From Ostreococcus lucimarinus (lineage: Eukaryota), in the NCBI GenBank assembly GCA_000092065.1, contig CP000600.1: 64,000 nucleotides of DNA. One strand, given 5' to 3'. The notes beneath the pieces are model-generated. The model saw only the letters and a list, made by a program, of their open reading frames with translations. It had not been told where the DNA came from and ran no database searches. A program made the translations under genes and the position numbers. This document shows positions 51,121-61,669 of the stretch, piece after piece (the stretch's first letter is position 1; each line of letters starts with the position of its first letter).

Positions 51121-52434
51121 ATGGCGACGCGCGCGATCGCGCCGTCGCTCGCGCGCGCGACGGCGACGCGCGCGCGCGATGTCGCGGATCGCGCGCGCGC
51201 GCGCGCCGGGGACTCGGCGCGCGCGACGGCGACGCGCGGGAAGGGCGCCGCGCGCGCGATGGCGGCGGCGGCGCGACGACGCGCGGTGACGCCGCGCGCG
51301 CGCGCGAGCGACGCGAACGAGGACGAGGACGAGGACGAAGGGCCGGATAAAGATCTCGCGGACGCGTTCTTCGCGCAGATGCCGCGCGAGAACGAGGCGG
51401 AGGACGGCGCGCGGGGGGACGAGGACGCGCGCGACTTCGACGACGACGACGACGACGACGAAAACGTCGAGGTGCTGCCGTACATCGGCGGTGAGCTCCT
51501 GAAACCGGACCCGCCGGGACATAAGTCAGGGTACGCCGCCATCGTCGGACGACCGAACGCGGGGAAGAGCACGCTGATGAATGATTTGGTCGGGACGAAG
51601 CTGAGCATCGTGACGTACAAGCCGCAGACGACGCGGCATCGGATTTTGGGCATCCTGAGCGACGAGAACTCGCAGATGGTGCTTCTGGACACGCCGGGGG
51701 TGATGGTGGAGGAGTTTAATAAGCTGGATGGGATGATGCTGAAGAGCGTGCGGAATTCGATGGCGAACGCGGATGTGTTGTTTTACATCGTGGACGCGGC
51801 GCGGGATCCGTACGGGGCGTGGGAAGGTTTGGCGCCGAAGAAGGGTAAGCGCGTGCCGACGGCGTTGATTTTGAACAAATGTGACATGGTTGGCGATCGT
51901 GAGCGGATCATGGAGTTGATTGAGTACTTTCAAGCGCAAGAGGCGATCGACGAGGTGTTGCCGATTTCGGCGCTCAACTCAACGGGGACGCGCAACGTCA
52001 AAGAGTGGGCGCTGGAACGTTTACCGCTCGGCCCGACGCTTTACCCCAAAGACGCCATCAGCGAGCACCCCGAACGATTCTTCATCGCCGAAATCATCCG
52101 CGAGAAGATATTTTTGCAGTACAAACAAGAGGTGCCGTACAGCACGCAAGTTTGGATCGAGACGCACAAGGAACGCGACGGCGTGAAGAAGGATCTCATC
52201 CTCGCCAAAGTCTTCGTCGAGCGTCAATCTCAAATCGGCATCATCGTCGGCCAAGGCGGGGCGGCGATGAAAAAACTTTCGTCCAGCGCGCGCGCGGACA
52301 TTGAGAAGTTTTTAGGCCGCCCGGTATTTTTAGACATCCAAGTCAAAGTCCGCGACGGCTGGCGCGAAGACGACCGCAGCCTCGAAGACCTCGGCCTGGA
52401 CGACCCCAATAGATTAGAGAGCCCATCCATCTAG
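51121..52434 (+). CDS. era: Era GTPase (G domain plus C-terminal KH domain), organelle-targeted
   Basis: ORF 50620..52434 (+), trimmed to M168 (MATRAIAPSLA). M154 at 51079 would overlap the SPF30 start codon. G motifs GRPNAGKST, DTPG, NKCD, SA are present, and there is a KH-like C-terminus. A (GAC)n run encodes poly-Asp. Confidence 0.75.
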   Translation: MATRAIAPSLARATATRARDVADRARARAGDSARATATRGKGAARAMAAAARRRAVTPRARASDANEDEDEDEGPDKDLADAFFAQMPRENEAEDGARGDEDARDFDDDDDDDENVEVLPYIGGELLKPDPPGHKSGYAAIVGRPNAGKSTLMNDLVGTKLSIVTYKPQTTRHRILGILSDENSQMVLLDTPGVMVEEFNKLDGMMLKSVRNSMANADVLFYIVDAARDPYGAWEGLAPKKGKRVPTALILNKCDMVGDRERIMELIEYFQAQEAIDEVLPISALNSTGTRNVKEWALERLPLGPTLYPKDAISEHPERFFIAEIIREKIFLQYKQEVPYSTQVWIETHKERDGVKKDLILAKVFVERQSQIGIIVGQGGAAMKKLSSSARADIEKFLGRPVFLDIQVKVRDGWREDDRSLEDLGLDDPNRLESPSI

Positions 52435-52675
52435 ACGACGTTGTCGTGCGAACGCGCGCAGTTTTTCACCTCCGCGGCGTCAAAAACGCCGGCAACCGCG
52501 CGCCCTTCGCGTCTCGCAACCATCTCGCGAACATCTCGCGCGCCTTCGTCTTCGTCGCTTCGCGTCCGACCTCATCCCTCCCGTCGCCGTTTTCCATCGC
52601 TCTGCGCGCGTCTTTATTTTTTCCCGCGTACGTCTTCACCGGCATCCACCACAGCGGTCGATACGTCATCGCTTT

Positions 52676-55600
52676 ATGTCGTCTCGCGTTTCTCCGCGCG
52701 TCGCCGCGGCGTCGCGTTACCCTCGGTTGGAGGATTCTTATCCACTTCCTCTGTTCTCCACACGGCCGCGCGCGTCCACGCGCGCACGCCACGCGCGCGC
52801 GCATCGACGCACGATGCTCGCGCGCGCCGACGTCGTCGCTCGCGCGTCGTCGCTCGCGCTCGCGACGCGCTCGCGACGCGATTTCCCGACGCCGACGCGG
52901 TCGACGATGCGCGCGCGTCGAGCGCCCGCGGCGCGCGTGACGCGCGCGATTCGCGCGCGAGGCGACGCGGGAACGCGCGCGCGCGACGTCGCGCCGGGCG
53001 CGACGCGGCGCGGGGCGTCGGCGACGCCGCGGGCGACGCGACGGCCGAGCGCGAGGGAGACGCGGCCGGAGCTGTACGGCTTGGACGCCTCGTGGGACCC
53101 GCTGACGAGCGGCGATCGGCGGGAGAGCGAGGAGTCGCGAACGCCGCTTCCAGAAACGCTGCCGAACGTGCGATGGGGGACGAGCGCGAGCGAGGCGTAC
53201 GATTTGGTGATTGTCGGGTGCGGACCGGCGGGGCTGACGGCGGCGGACGAGGCGAGCAAGCGCGGATTGCGCGTGGCGTTGATGGATCCGTCGCCGCTCG
53301 CGCCGTGGATGAATAATTACGGGGTGTGGTGCGACGAGTTTAAATCGCTCGGGTTCGATGATTGCTATCGCGCGGTGTGGAACAAGGCGCGAGTTATTAT
53401 AGACGACGGCGACGCCGACGGGAAGATGCTCGACCGCGCGTACGCGCAGGTGGATCGGAAGAAGCTCAAGCAGAAGCTCATCGCGCGCAGCGTGACGCAG
53501 GGCGTGGAGTTTGGTATCGCCGCGGTCGATAGCTGCGATAACAGCGATCCGAACCATTCGGTGGTGACTTTGAGCGATGGACGCAAGGTCTATGCGAAGA
53601 TGGTTTTGGACGCCACTGGGCACTCTCGTAAGCTGGTGGACTTTGATCGCGATTTTACGCCGGGATATCAAGCCGCTTTCGGAATCGTGTGCACAGTGGA
53701 GAAGCACGACTTTCCGTTGGACACGATGCTGTTCATGGACTGGCGAGACGAGCACTTGAGCCCAGAGTTTAAGCGAGCGAACGACAGGTTGCCGACGTTT
53801 TTGTACGCCATGCCTTTCTCGGAAACTGAGGTGTTCCTCGAGGAAACGAGCTTGGTGGCACGACCTGGCTTAGAGTTTGACGACTTGAAGCTCAAGTTGA
53901 AGGAGCGTTTGGATTATTTGGGCGTGAAAGTAACCAAGGTACACGAAGAGGAGTATTGTCTCATTCCCATGGGCGGCGTGTTGCCGACGTTTCCGCAACG
54001 CACGCTCGGCATCGGTGGAACCGCCGGCATGGTCCATCCTAGCACTGGATTTATGGTCGCAAAGACGATGTTATGCGTTAGAACGCTCGTAGGCACGCTT
54101 GATGAAGCCCTTAAGGCGGGTAAGCGAGGGGATATTACCGGCGCCCTGGAAGCGGCGGAGGCGGCGCAAATGAACAACGGTAAATTCGACGCCGACGCCA
54201 CCGCGGCATTAGTGTGGAACTCAATTTGGCCGGAGAATGATTTGCGCATGCGCACTTTCATGTGCTTTGGAATGGAGACTCTTATGCAGCTCGATATCGA
54301 TGGAACGCGTCAATTCTTTGACACGTTCTTCGACCTTCCCAAGGACGTCTGGGCTGGCTTTTTGAGCTGGCGAATCCAGCCGGTGGGCTTGCTTTCGCTC
54401 GGGGTGAATCTGTTCGCGTTGTTTTCGAACTACATGCGAGTTAACTTTGTCAAATCCGCTCTGCCTTTCATGGGGTCGTTCTTCGCAAACTTTGCGTTCG
54501 CCGACAACAAGTTTGACTCGAGCAAGTGGGGCGGTTTCATCCTCGAAGATGGCAAAAACAACGCCTTCAAGTCGGTCGAAAACGGGCCTATTCCCGCCCC
54601 GGTCGGAAATCCCACTGCGAAACCGATCACAAGCAGCGCATTAGACTTTGAGAAGATCTTAGCCGAAGACACACTGAGCAAGCCGCAGGACATGAAGCCG
54701 GAGACGATGAAGGATGATCGCGAATGGATTGCGTTTCAACAGCGCAAGGTGTTTAGTGAGCAAAAGCAAATCAAAGAGTACCTCAGTGCTTTGAACGACC
54801 GCGACAAGGTCGACGTTCTCGTTGTCGGTGCGGGCCCCGCAGGTCTGGCGATCGCAGCGGAGACGGCGAAGAAGGGTCTTTCTGTTGGTCTCGTCGCACC
54901 AGACACCCCGTTCGTGAACAACTACGGAGTATGGCTCGACGAGTTCAAAGATCTAGGGCTCGAACACTGCTTGCTTCATAAGTATGACGACGCATTGGTT
55001 TGGTTCGATGATTCTGATCCTGCGAGTGGAACTGAACTCGGTCGACCTTACGGTCAAGTGTGCCGCAGGCGTCTTCGCGACCATTTGTTGAAGGAGTGCG
55101 CGGCGGCTGGCGTCAAGTATTTACCAGGCCTGGTAGATTTTGTGCGTCACGGTGACGTCGAAAAGAACGAGTTAGCCGAAGTTCGAGGCACCATCATTAG
55201 CGATTCCGATATTACCGCAAGCGAGAAGAAGTTGATCGAAGAAGAGGCAAACAGAGGCCAGCAATTCACGTTGAATTCGCGTCTCGTCGTTGCCGGCACC
55301 GGTCACAACCGCGACATGCTCAGCTACGAAGAGGGTGCGCCGCCGGGCTGGCAGACTGCGTATGGCGTTGAGGTGCGCATTCCGAACCACGGTTTTCCCG
55401 TGAACAAGGCCGTGTTCATGGATTTTCGTCAAAGCGATCCGGAGGCGATGAAAGAGGAACAAGACGAGGGCGTTTGGCGCGTGCCGTCTTTCCTTTACGT
55501 GTTACCCGTGGACAAGGATGTGGTGTTCGTCGAGGAGACGTGCCTCGTCGCGCGCGTACAAGTGCCGTTCGATGAACTCAAACGGCGATTGTATCGTCGT

Positions 55601-57142
55601 ATGAAGCGGATGGGTATGGAAATCGTCGAAGAAGACATCTTGGAAGTCGAGGCGAGTTGGATTCCACTGGGCGGTACCCCGCCGGTTGCCCCGCAACGCA
55701 CCATCGCGTACGGTGCAGCAGCCGGCATGGTCCACCCTGCGTCTGGCTACTCCGTCGTAAACAGTATTAGCAAAGCTCCGCGTGTTGCGACGGCCATGGC
55801 CGAAGGCTTGAAGGAGGGTGGCGAGATTGAGGCGAGCCGAAGAGCGTGGGAAATCCTTTGGGGTGCGGAGCCACGAAGACAAATCGGTTTCTACCAGTTC
55901 GGTATGGAGCTTCTCATGTCGCTTCGCATCGAGCAGATGCGCAACTTCTTTAGTACCTTCTTTGCGCTTCCAACAAATCTGAGCAGAGGATTTTTGGGTA
56001 ACAGATTGTCGAGCTCAGAGTTGATCATGTTTGCTCTCACTACGTTCGCAATTGGTAACAACGAACTTCGTGGGTTGTTGCTCGCTCACCTGGTTTCAGC
56101 TGGGGGTTCTGGCAGTCGGTTGGCCAAGGCGTATGCATATCCTTTGTTTCCGAAGGATGAGAGTGGTTTAGATGTGTTACAAGTCAACCGCAAAGAGCAA
56201 GCGGACGCGAAAAACACGACGAAGATGATGGCAGACTTTTACGAGTCCCAGCAAGGAGGCATGCTTCCCGGATACATGGGCCGAGATTGGTGGTCGATCG
56301 GGAGACGTGGAAACGGTGAGGAGCACGACGACGACGACGGCACCGACGGCGGTCGTTTCGGCGGCGGTGGTGGCGCTCAAGTTTCCGCTTCAGCGCAAAG
56401 AGAAGAGGTCACCATTGGCGCCATGAAGATGGACGCGTCCAACGAAGGTGCGGTCACGTTTTGGTCCAACGGAAGCGCTGCAATGATCGTAACGAGTGCG
56501 GTACGCAAAACTGGTCTCAGTCAAACTGATCTCTACGGCGAACGACGCAAAAAGTTTTTGCCGTCGGCGTTCATTTCCCAAGCGCCGAATGTCGTCCCGC
56601 CGCACCTCACCGGTTCTCTTCCTGGTGATATTGGATGGGATCCTTTGGCGCTCGGTGCGCAAAGCGATATCGAACGCTATCGCGCGAGAGAATTGATTCA
56701 CGGTCGATGGGCCATGCTCGCGTGCATCGGCGTGCTCGTCCCCGAATTCCTCGCGCACAACTCCATCTTCGGCACCCCGGACCAGCACTGGTGGAACACG
56801 CAAATCATCAACGACCCCATCGATGGCTTACAGCTCACCTACCTCGGGGAAACAATTCCTTGGGGCTTATTCTGGCTTCCCATCATCCACCTTCCGCTCA
56901 TGTTTGTCGCGGAATCTCTTCGCAACGGCACCTACGAGGTCGAGGCGTTCAAGGATTTGGACAAGCTCTACCCCGGCGGCCGTCTCTTCGATCCCCTCGG
57001 CCTCGCCGCGGGCCAAACCGAGGAAGATTTGAACATCTTAAAAACCATCGAGATTCAGCACGCTCGATTGGCGATGATCGGGACTTTCGTCTTCATCGTC
57101 GAGGGCTTAGCCGGCGGTCGCGGACCCCTCGATTTCTTTTAG
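52676..57142 (+). CDS. Tri-domain carotenoid cyclase fusion in one continuous ORF: a lycopene beta-cyclase-like domain (~53170-54600), a lycopene epsilon-cyclase-like domain (~54810-56350) and a C-terminal LHC-type chlorophyll a/b-binding domain (~56660-57139)
   Basis: ORF 52676..57142 (+). Two FAD-binding cyclase domains (DLVIVGCGPAGL and DVLVVGAGPAGLAIAAE, each followed by cyclase-conserved blocks). LHC helix signatures ELIHGRWAMLACIGVLVPE and EIQHARLAMIGTFVFIVEG. The start may instead be M47 at 52814. Confidence 0.85.
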   Translation: MSSRVSPRVAAASRYPRLEDSYPLPLFSTRPRASTRARHARAHRRTMLARADVVARASSLALATRSRRDFPTPTRSTMRARRAPAARVTRAIRARGDAGTRARDVAPGATRRGASATPRATRRPSARETRPELYGLDASWDPLTSGDRRESEESRTPLPETLPNVRWGTSASEAYDLVIVGCGPAGLTAADEASKRGLRVALMDPSPLAPWMNNYGVWCDEFKSLGFDDCYRAVWNKARVIIDDGDADGKMLDRAYAQVDRKKLKQKLIARSVTQGVEFGIAAVDSCDNSDPNHSVVTLSDGRKVYAKMVLDATGHSRKLVDFDRDFTPGYQAAFGIVCTVEKHDFPLDTMLFMDWRDEHLSPEFKRANDRLPTFLYAMPFSETEVFLEETSLVARPGLEFDDLKLKLKERLDYLGVKVTKVHEEEYCLIPMGGVLPTFPQRTLGIGGTAGMVHPSTGFMVAKTMLCVRTLVGTLDEALKAGKRGDITGALEAAEAAQMNNGKFDADATAALVWNSIWPENDLRMRTFMCFGMETLMQLDIDGTRQFFDTFFDLPKDVWAGFLSWRIQPVGLLSLGVNLFALFSNYMRVNFVKSALPFMGSFFANFAFADNKFDSSKWGGFILEDGKNNAFKSVENGPIPAPVGNPTAKPITSSALDFEKILAEDTLSKPQDMKPETMKDDREWIAFQQRKVFSEQKQIKEYLSALNDRDKVDVLVVGAGPAGLAIAAETAKKGLSVGLVAPDTPFVNNYGVWLDEFKDLGLEHCLLHKYDDALVWFDDSDPASGTELGRPYGQVCRRRLRDHLLKECAAAGVKYLPGLVDFVRHGDVEKNELAEVRGTIISDSDITASEKKLIEEEANRGQQFTLNSRLVVAGTGHNRDMLSYEEGAPPGWQTAYGVEVRIPNHGFPVNKAVFMDFRQSDPEAMKEEQDEGVWRVPSFLYVLPVDKDVVFVEETCLVARVQVPFDELKRRLYRRMKRMGMEIVEEDILEVEASWIPLGGTPPVAPQRTIAYGAAAGMVHPASGYSVVNSISKAPRVATAMAEGLKEGGEIEASRRAWEILWGAEPRRQIGFYQFGMELLMSLRIEQMRNFFSTFFALPTNLSRGFLGNRLSSSELIMFALTTFAIGNNELRGLLLAHLVSAGGSGSRLAKAYAYPLFPKDESGLDVLQVNRKEQADAKNTTKMMADFYESQQGGMLPGYMGRDWWSIGRRGNGEEHDDDDGTDGGRFGGGGGAQVSASAQREEVTIGAMKMDASNEGAVTFWSNGSAAMIVTSAVRKTGLSQTDLYGERRKKFLPSAFISQAPNVVPPHLTGSLPGDIGWDPLALGAQSDIERYRARELIHGRWAMLACIGVLVPEFLAHNSIFGTPDQHWWNTQIINDPIDGLQLTYLGETIPWGLFWLPIIHLPLMFVAESLRNGTYEVEAFKDLDKLYPGGRLFDPLGLAAGQTEEDLNILKTIEIQHARLAMIGTFVFIVEGLAGGRGPLDFF

Positions 57143-57408
57143 AATCGAACCCCGCCGACGCGTCGCCGACCGATCTCGCGTCCATCGCGCTTAAAGCGCG
57201 CGCGCGCATGTAGCAAAATTATAAATTCAATCGCAGCGATTCATTCTCGCGCCCATCGTCCGCGAGCGACCCCTCGCGCGCGCCGCTCTGGGGGTTCCCT
57301 CCCGAACGCCCCGCGCTCGCGCGCTCGATCGTCCCGGGAGATCTCAGAATTCCCATCCATCGTCTTCATTCCTTCGCGCGTCGCCGACGTTCGCGCCCGA
57401 TCGACGCC

Positions 57409-59162
57409 ATGGCCGCCATGCTCGACCAATCCCTCGACGCCATGATCAAGGACGCCGCGAAAGCCACGCCGAAGCGTCGCAACGCGAAGAAATCCGCCAA
57501 CGTCAAGGTGGGCGGGAAGAAGAATGCGCGATCGGCGATGAAGAAAACGAACGCCGGCCCGACGCCCATGGCGGTCGGTGGCGTGAAGAAGACGAAGAAT
57601 AACAAGAAGAAACCGGCGCGATCGAACGCGGCGACGGCGATGGCGGTCGACGGCATGATGCGCGGAGGCGGAGGACGACAGGCGAACGCGCAGGCGGGCG
57701 GACGCACGAAGCTCGTCGTCGGGAACCTGGACTTTAAGGTGAACGATAGAGATATCAAGGTAAGGAGACGCGCGACGTTAGCATGGGAAGGACCGTCGGT
57801 GCGCGCGTGAATAGAACTCGCTCGTAGAGCGAGGGCGCGCACCGATGGAGTGTGGGGGATGATATCGACGACGAATGACGATCGCGTCGGTCGAGTATCG
57901 CGGGAATTCGGATCGACTCGCGTGGATGGATCGACCAACGAAAGCGTTCGCGCGAGACGCGGTGGTGAGAGCGATGCGTCAACGCGCGACGTGCGGTGGG
58001 ATGTATTCCTCATCGGCGCGCGCGTGACGGTATCGCTCGTTTATTGAGACTTTAGAGCGTCGACGTCGCGTGGGCACCCCATCCGTTCGTCGCGAGGCGA
58101 AGAAGCGTTCGTCGTGGCTGCGAGCGACGAACCACGCGCGGATCGTTGTCGCCCGAACACACAGGGCTGGATAAAACAACGCGCGCGCCTCGGCAACGGT
58201 ACGATGGGGAGCGACGTCACGCGAGAGTTTTCAGAAACGCCGCCTCGAGCGCTCGCGCGAACAAATTTATTGCGGCGATGCGTTTCGCTCGAGCGAACGG
58301 CGATCGGCTCTGAACGCGACTTATTTTTTCAGTTTCGCGAGTTTACGACGCAAGCGGTGGGGACAAAATCCGCGCAAACGATGTCTAAACCACACAGAGC
58401 TCGAATCCGTCGTTCGACTCGAGCGAACACCCTTCATTGGAGAGATGCGGCTTGCGGATATTTCTGGCCGGCTCGGCGGTTTCCATTTTTTCAGCGAAAC
58501 CGCCGCTTGGTTGATCAATTCGCTCGAGATACGGAACTCACACTAGCCCTCGCGCGATGCGCCCCGAAACTCGACCTCGACTACGCTCACGTAGATTTAT
58601 TTTCGCTCGTTCTACGTGGCTCGACTCTCGCACTCTCGATTTCCTGAAGGATGAAAGTATTGATGATTTCGCCGCGGCTATTGCCCTTCCCCGTTTATCA
58701 CAGGAACTCTTCGGACAAGTCGGACGCGTGCTCAACGCTGGCATCAACTACGGCCCCAACGGCAAGTCCAAGGGTACCGCCGAAGTCACGCTGGCCACGC
58801 TCGAATCCGCGCTCAAGGCGGTGAAGACGTACAACGGAGTCAAGCTCGACGGCCGCCCGTTGAACATCGTCATCGTCGACGCTCCGCAACAACCCAAGCA
58901 GAAGCCGATCACCCAACGTCTTTCTGGCTTGAAGCAGCAACCGAAGAACAAGAATGGCAAGCAACAGCAAAAGAAGGCCCCTGTGCCCGCTCCCAAGCGC
59001 GGCAAGGCGACGCAAAAGGTTGTCGCCTCGGCCAAGAAAGCCGCGCCGAAGAAAAAGCCGGCGCGCAAGCCCAAAGAGAAGAAGGCGGCCCCCACCGCCG
59101 CGGACTTGGACGCCTCGTTGGACGCGTACAAGGCTTCTGCCGACGTCCAAATGGCCGCTTAG
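57409..59162 (+). CDS. ALYREF: ALY/REF (THO complex subunit 4) mRNA-export adaptor. Two exons: join(57409..57759,58704..59162); the RRM is split by a 944-nt intron.
   Basis: Exon 1 ends ...TKLVVGNLDFKVNDRDIK| at a GTAAGG donor. Exon 2 starts after ...cccttccccgtttatcacag| and reads ELFGQVGRVLNAGINYGPNGKSKGTAEVTLATLESALKAVKTYNGVKLDGRPLNIV, colinear with the ALYREF RRM. The C-terminus is K/A/P-rich. Confidence 0.75.
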
Positions 59163-59638
59163 GTATTCTAAGACGTCTTTGTGTATAAAACATCTCCGTC
59201 TCTTCTCAATCTGAGCGCCCCGAACCAACCTCCGATGAATTGTATGAGCGACATTACGCCGCCCTCGACCCGCCGCGCTCTCGCGCGCGCCATGCTGAAA
59301 ACGATCGCATCGCTCGTCGTCAAAGACAACGGCGAATACTCGCGCATTCACGTCTTCGCCTTCGTCCTCGTCGCCCTCCACGTCACCGCTCTCTTCGTCT
59401 GGATTTTCTTGACTGCCCGACAGCGCCCGCCGAGCGCGCGCGATCGCGTCGACCCGACGAAAGACGAGTGAGTCCGTCGGTCGCGCGGTGAGGGTGATCT
59501 CGCGGCGCCGCTCGCTCGACGGAGGTTTTAGCGTACTCTTAGTGTACTAGTACAAGTACTTGTAGCTCGACGAATTCTTGGAAATCTCTACTCGCTCTAA
59601 ATGGTTGGTTGACAAAGGTTGATAAGGACTACTCGCGA

Positions 59639-60646
59639 TTACTTCTTATCGGCAGGCTTGTCGTCTTGAAGGTTCAACAACAGAGAATCCGCGCTGAGCA
59701 TGACGCGATTGTTGGAGTTGGCCATGGTTTGAGCGATGGCGCGCGCGGCTTCAATTTTACGCAAGGTTAAAAACGCCGGATTGTTCGCGATGGCTTCGCC
59801 GATGAGCTTGGCGGATTTCGCTTCACCCTCCGCCTGAATCACCGCCGAAAGCTTGTCTTGTCTCGCCTTATCGACGACGAACTTGGCGCGCTCCGCCTCC
59901 TGTTGCGCCACTTGCTTACTCTCGATGGCCGCGGTGTACTCTCTCCCAAACGTCAACGCCGTGAGCGAGACGTCGTCTAGCACCATATTAAACTGCGCCG
60001 CTCGCTGCTTCAAAAGATGTCTAATAGACAACGACACTTGTTCCCGTTTCGTGATCAACTCGCTCGCGTTGTGTTGCGCCACGACGCTCTTCACCGTTTC
60101 GTGAATCACGCTCGGCAGCACGCGTTCGTTGAAATCCATCCCGAGCGTTCGATACACCTCCGGCAGCTTACCCGCGTCCGGCCGCGTCAGCACGCGAATC
60201 GATATGTTCACCATCTGCAAATCTCTCGATCCGCTCTGCGAGTTCACCTGATGCGCGCGCGCCCTGACGTCGTACACGTACGGCCTCTCGACCCAAGGGA
60301 TCATGAAGTGCGTCCCCTCCGCGTACACCTTGTCCTTCACCCCGACGAATCGATTGTACACGATCGCCCGGTGCCCGCCCTCGACGTTGAACAGACTGTT
60401 CGCGCGTCGCCCTCCGTCAGTCCTCCGTCGTCGCGTCGTCGCGTCGTCGCGTCGTCGCGTCGTCGCGCGCGAATCGCCGTCACCCTAATTCATTTCATTC
60501 GCGCGCGCCTTCGCGCGTCGCGCGCGCCGTCGCGCGCCCGCGCACCTGTTGTACAGCCCGTACGACGCCGCGCCGCCGTACACGAGCGTCTGCAGCGCCG
60601 CGCTCACGACGGAGGCGTTCGGCATCGCGTTTCGCGCGTTCTGCAT
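59639..60646 (-). CDS. PHB: Prohibitin (PHB/SPFH domain). Two exons: complement join(60546..60646,59639..60395).
   Basis: Exon 1 is MQNARNAMPNASVVSAALQTLVYGGAASYGLYNS|. A 150-nt intron has a GTGCGC donor, CTGAC branch and CAG acceptor. Exon 2 begins LFNVEGGHRAIVYNRFVGVKDKVYAEGTHFMIPW, and ORF 59639..60361 supplies the rest. Colinear with PHB1. Confidence 0.85.
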
Positions 60647-60703
60647 CGTCGCGCGTCTTCGTGTGCCGCGCCATCGCGCGTCGCGCCGCTCGAGCGCGCG
60701 TCC

Positions 60704-61621
60704 ATGGCGGCGTTCGACGGCGAGCGCGGCGAGTTTCGCTTCGCGTTCGGCGTCTCCGACGACGGCGCGATCGAGCGCGCGCGCGGCGCGGCGACGGCGA
60801 CGGCGACGGCGGCGGCGACGGCGACGCCCGCGGAGGAGATCGTCGCGCGCGACGTCGCGCGACGCGCGCGCGACGATCCCGCGACGTGGTCGGGGACGTA
60901 CGAGACGCACGGCGACGTCGAGGTCGTGCGGAGCGCGCACGGGACGACGGCGTCGACGCTGGAGGGGTGTCCCGAGGACGCGGACGTCGTGCGGGGCGTG
61001 TACGAGGGCGGGCTCAAGGCGTGGGAGTGCGCGAGGGATCTCGCGGCGCACGTCGGGACGGCGGCGTTCGACGTCGATGGACTCGTGGACGCCGCGGGCG
61101 GGCGGGTGCGAGCGATGGAGCTCGGGGCGGGGCAGGCGGGACCGGGACTGGCGGCGGCGCGAAGGCTGGGCGCGCGATGCGAGACGCTGACGCTGACGGA
61201 TTATAATCGAGACGTCGTGGAGGAAGTCACGGCGCCGAACGCGCTGGCGACGTTCGCGCTGATGGAGAGCGAGGGAGAGGCGACGCCGGGGAGATTGCGG
61301 CTGTTGTGCGGAGATTGGTCGGGGTACGACGCGTTCGTGGAGGCGGACGGAGTGGATTTGTTGTTGACGAGCGAATCGATTTACGACGCGTCGCAGTACG
61401 GGAGTCTGTGCGCGTTCATCGCGCACGCGTTAAGCCCGCGCGGGGTGTGTTTGCTCGCGGCGAAGAGTTATTACTTCGGCGTCGGCGGTGGTACGAACGC
61501 GTTCGCGTCGTACTGCGAGACGTACTTCGGCGCGCTCCGCGTCGAGCGCGTGAAGACGATTTCGGACGGCAAGTCGAACGTGCGCGAAATCTTAGCGATT
61601 AGAAAGATTAGTGAACAATAG
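60704..61621 (+). CDS. METTL18/Hpm1-like protein-histidine methyltransferase (class I SAM-dependent MTase)
   Basis: ORF 60017..61621 (+), trimmed to M230 (MAAFDGERGEF). GVYEGGLKAWECARDLAAHV and the ELGAGQAGPGLAAARRLGA SAM motif parallel METTL18 (GVYEGGLKIWEC). Confidence 0.6.
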   Translation: MAAFDGERGEFRFAFGVSDDGAIERARGAATATATAAATATPAEEIVARDVARRARDDPATWSGTYETHGDVEVVRSAHGTTASTLEGCPEDADVVRGVYEGGLKAWECARDLAAHVGTAAFDVDGLVDAAGGRVRAMELGAGQAGPGLAAARRLGARCETLTLTDYNRDVVEEVTAPNALATFALMESEGEATPGRLRLLCGDWSGYDAFVEADGVDLLLTSESIYDASQYGSLCAFIAHALSPRGVCLLAAKSYYFGVGGGTNAFASYCETYFGALRVERVKTISDGKSNVREILAIRKISEQ

Positions 61622-61634
61622 GGATTAATAATTA

Positions 61635-61649
61635 ACACACACACACACA
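61635..61649. repeat. (AC)n dinucleotide microsatellite in an intergenic region
   Basis: acacacacacacaca between the METTL18-like stop and the phosphatase stop. Confidence 0.6.
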
Positions 61650-61669
61650 TCTGGAATGAATCATTTTAC

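Noticed and set aside
58600-58703. Box C/D snoRNA near the 3' end of the ALY/REF intron (UGAUGA and CUGA motifs)
   Set aside because: The motifs are in the wrong order and spacing for a C/D snoRNA on either strand, and no terminal stem could be formed. It is kept only as a suggestion to scan the intron computationally.
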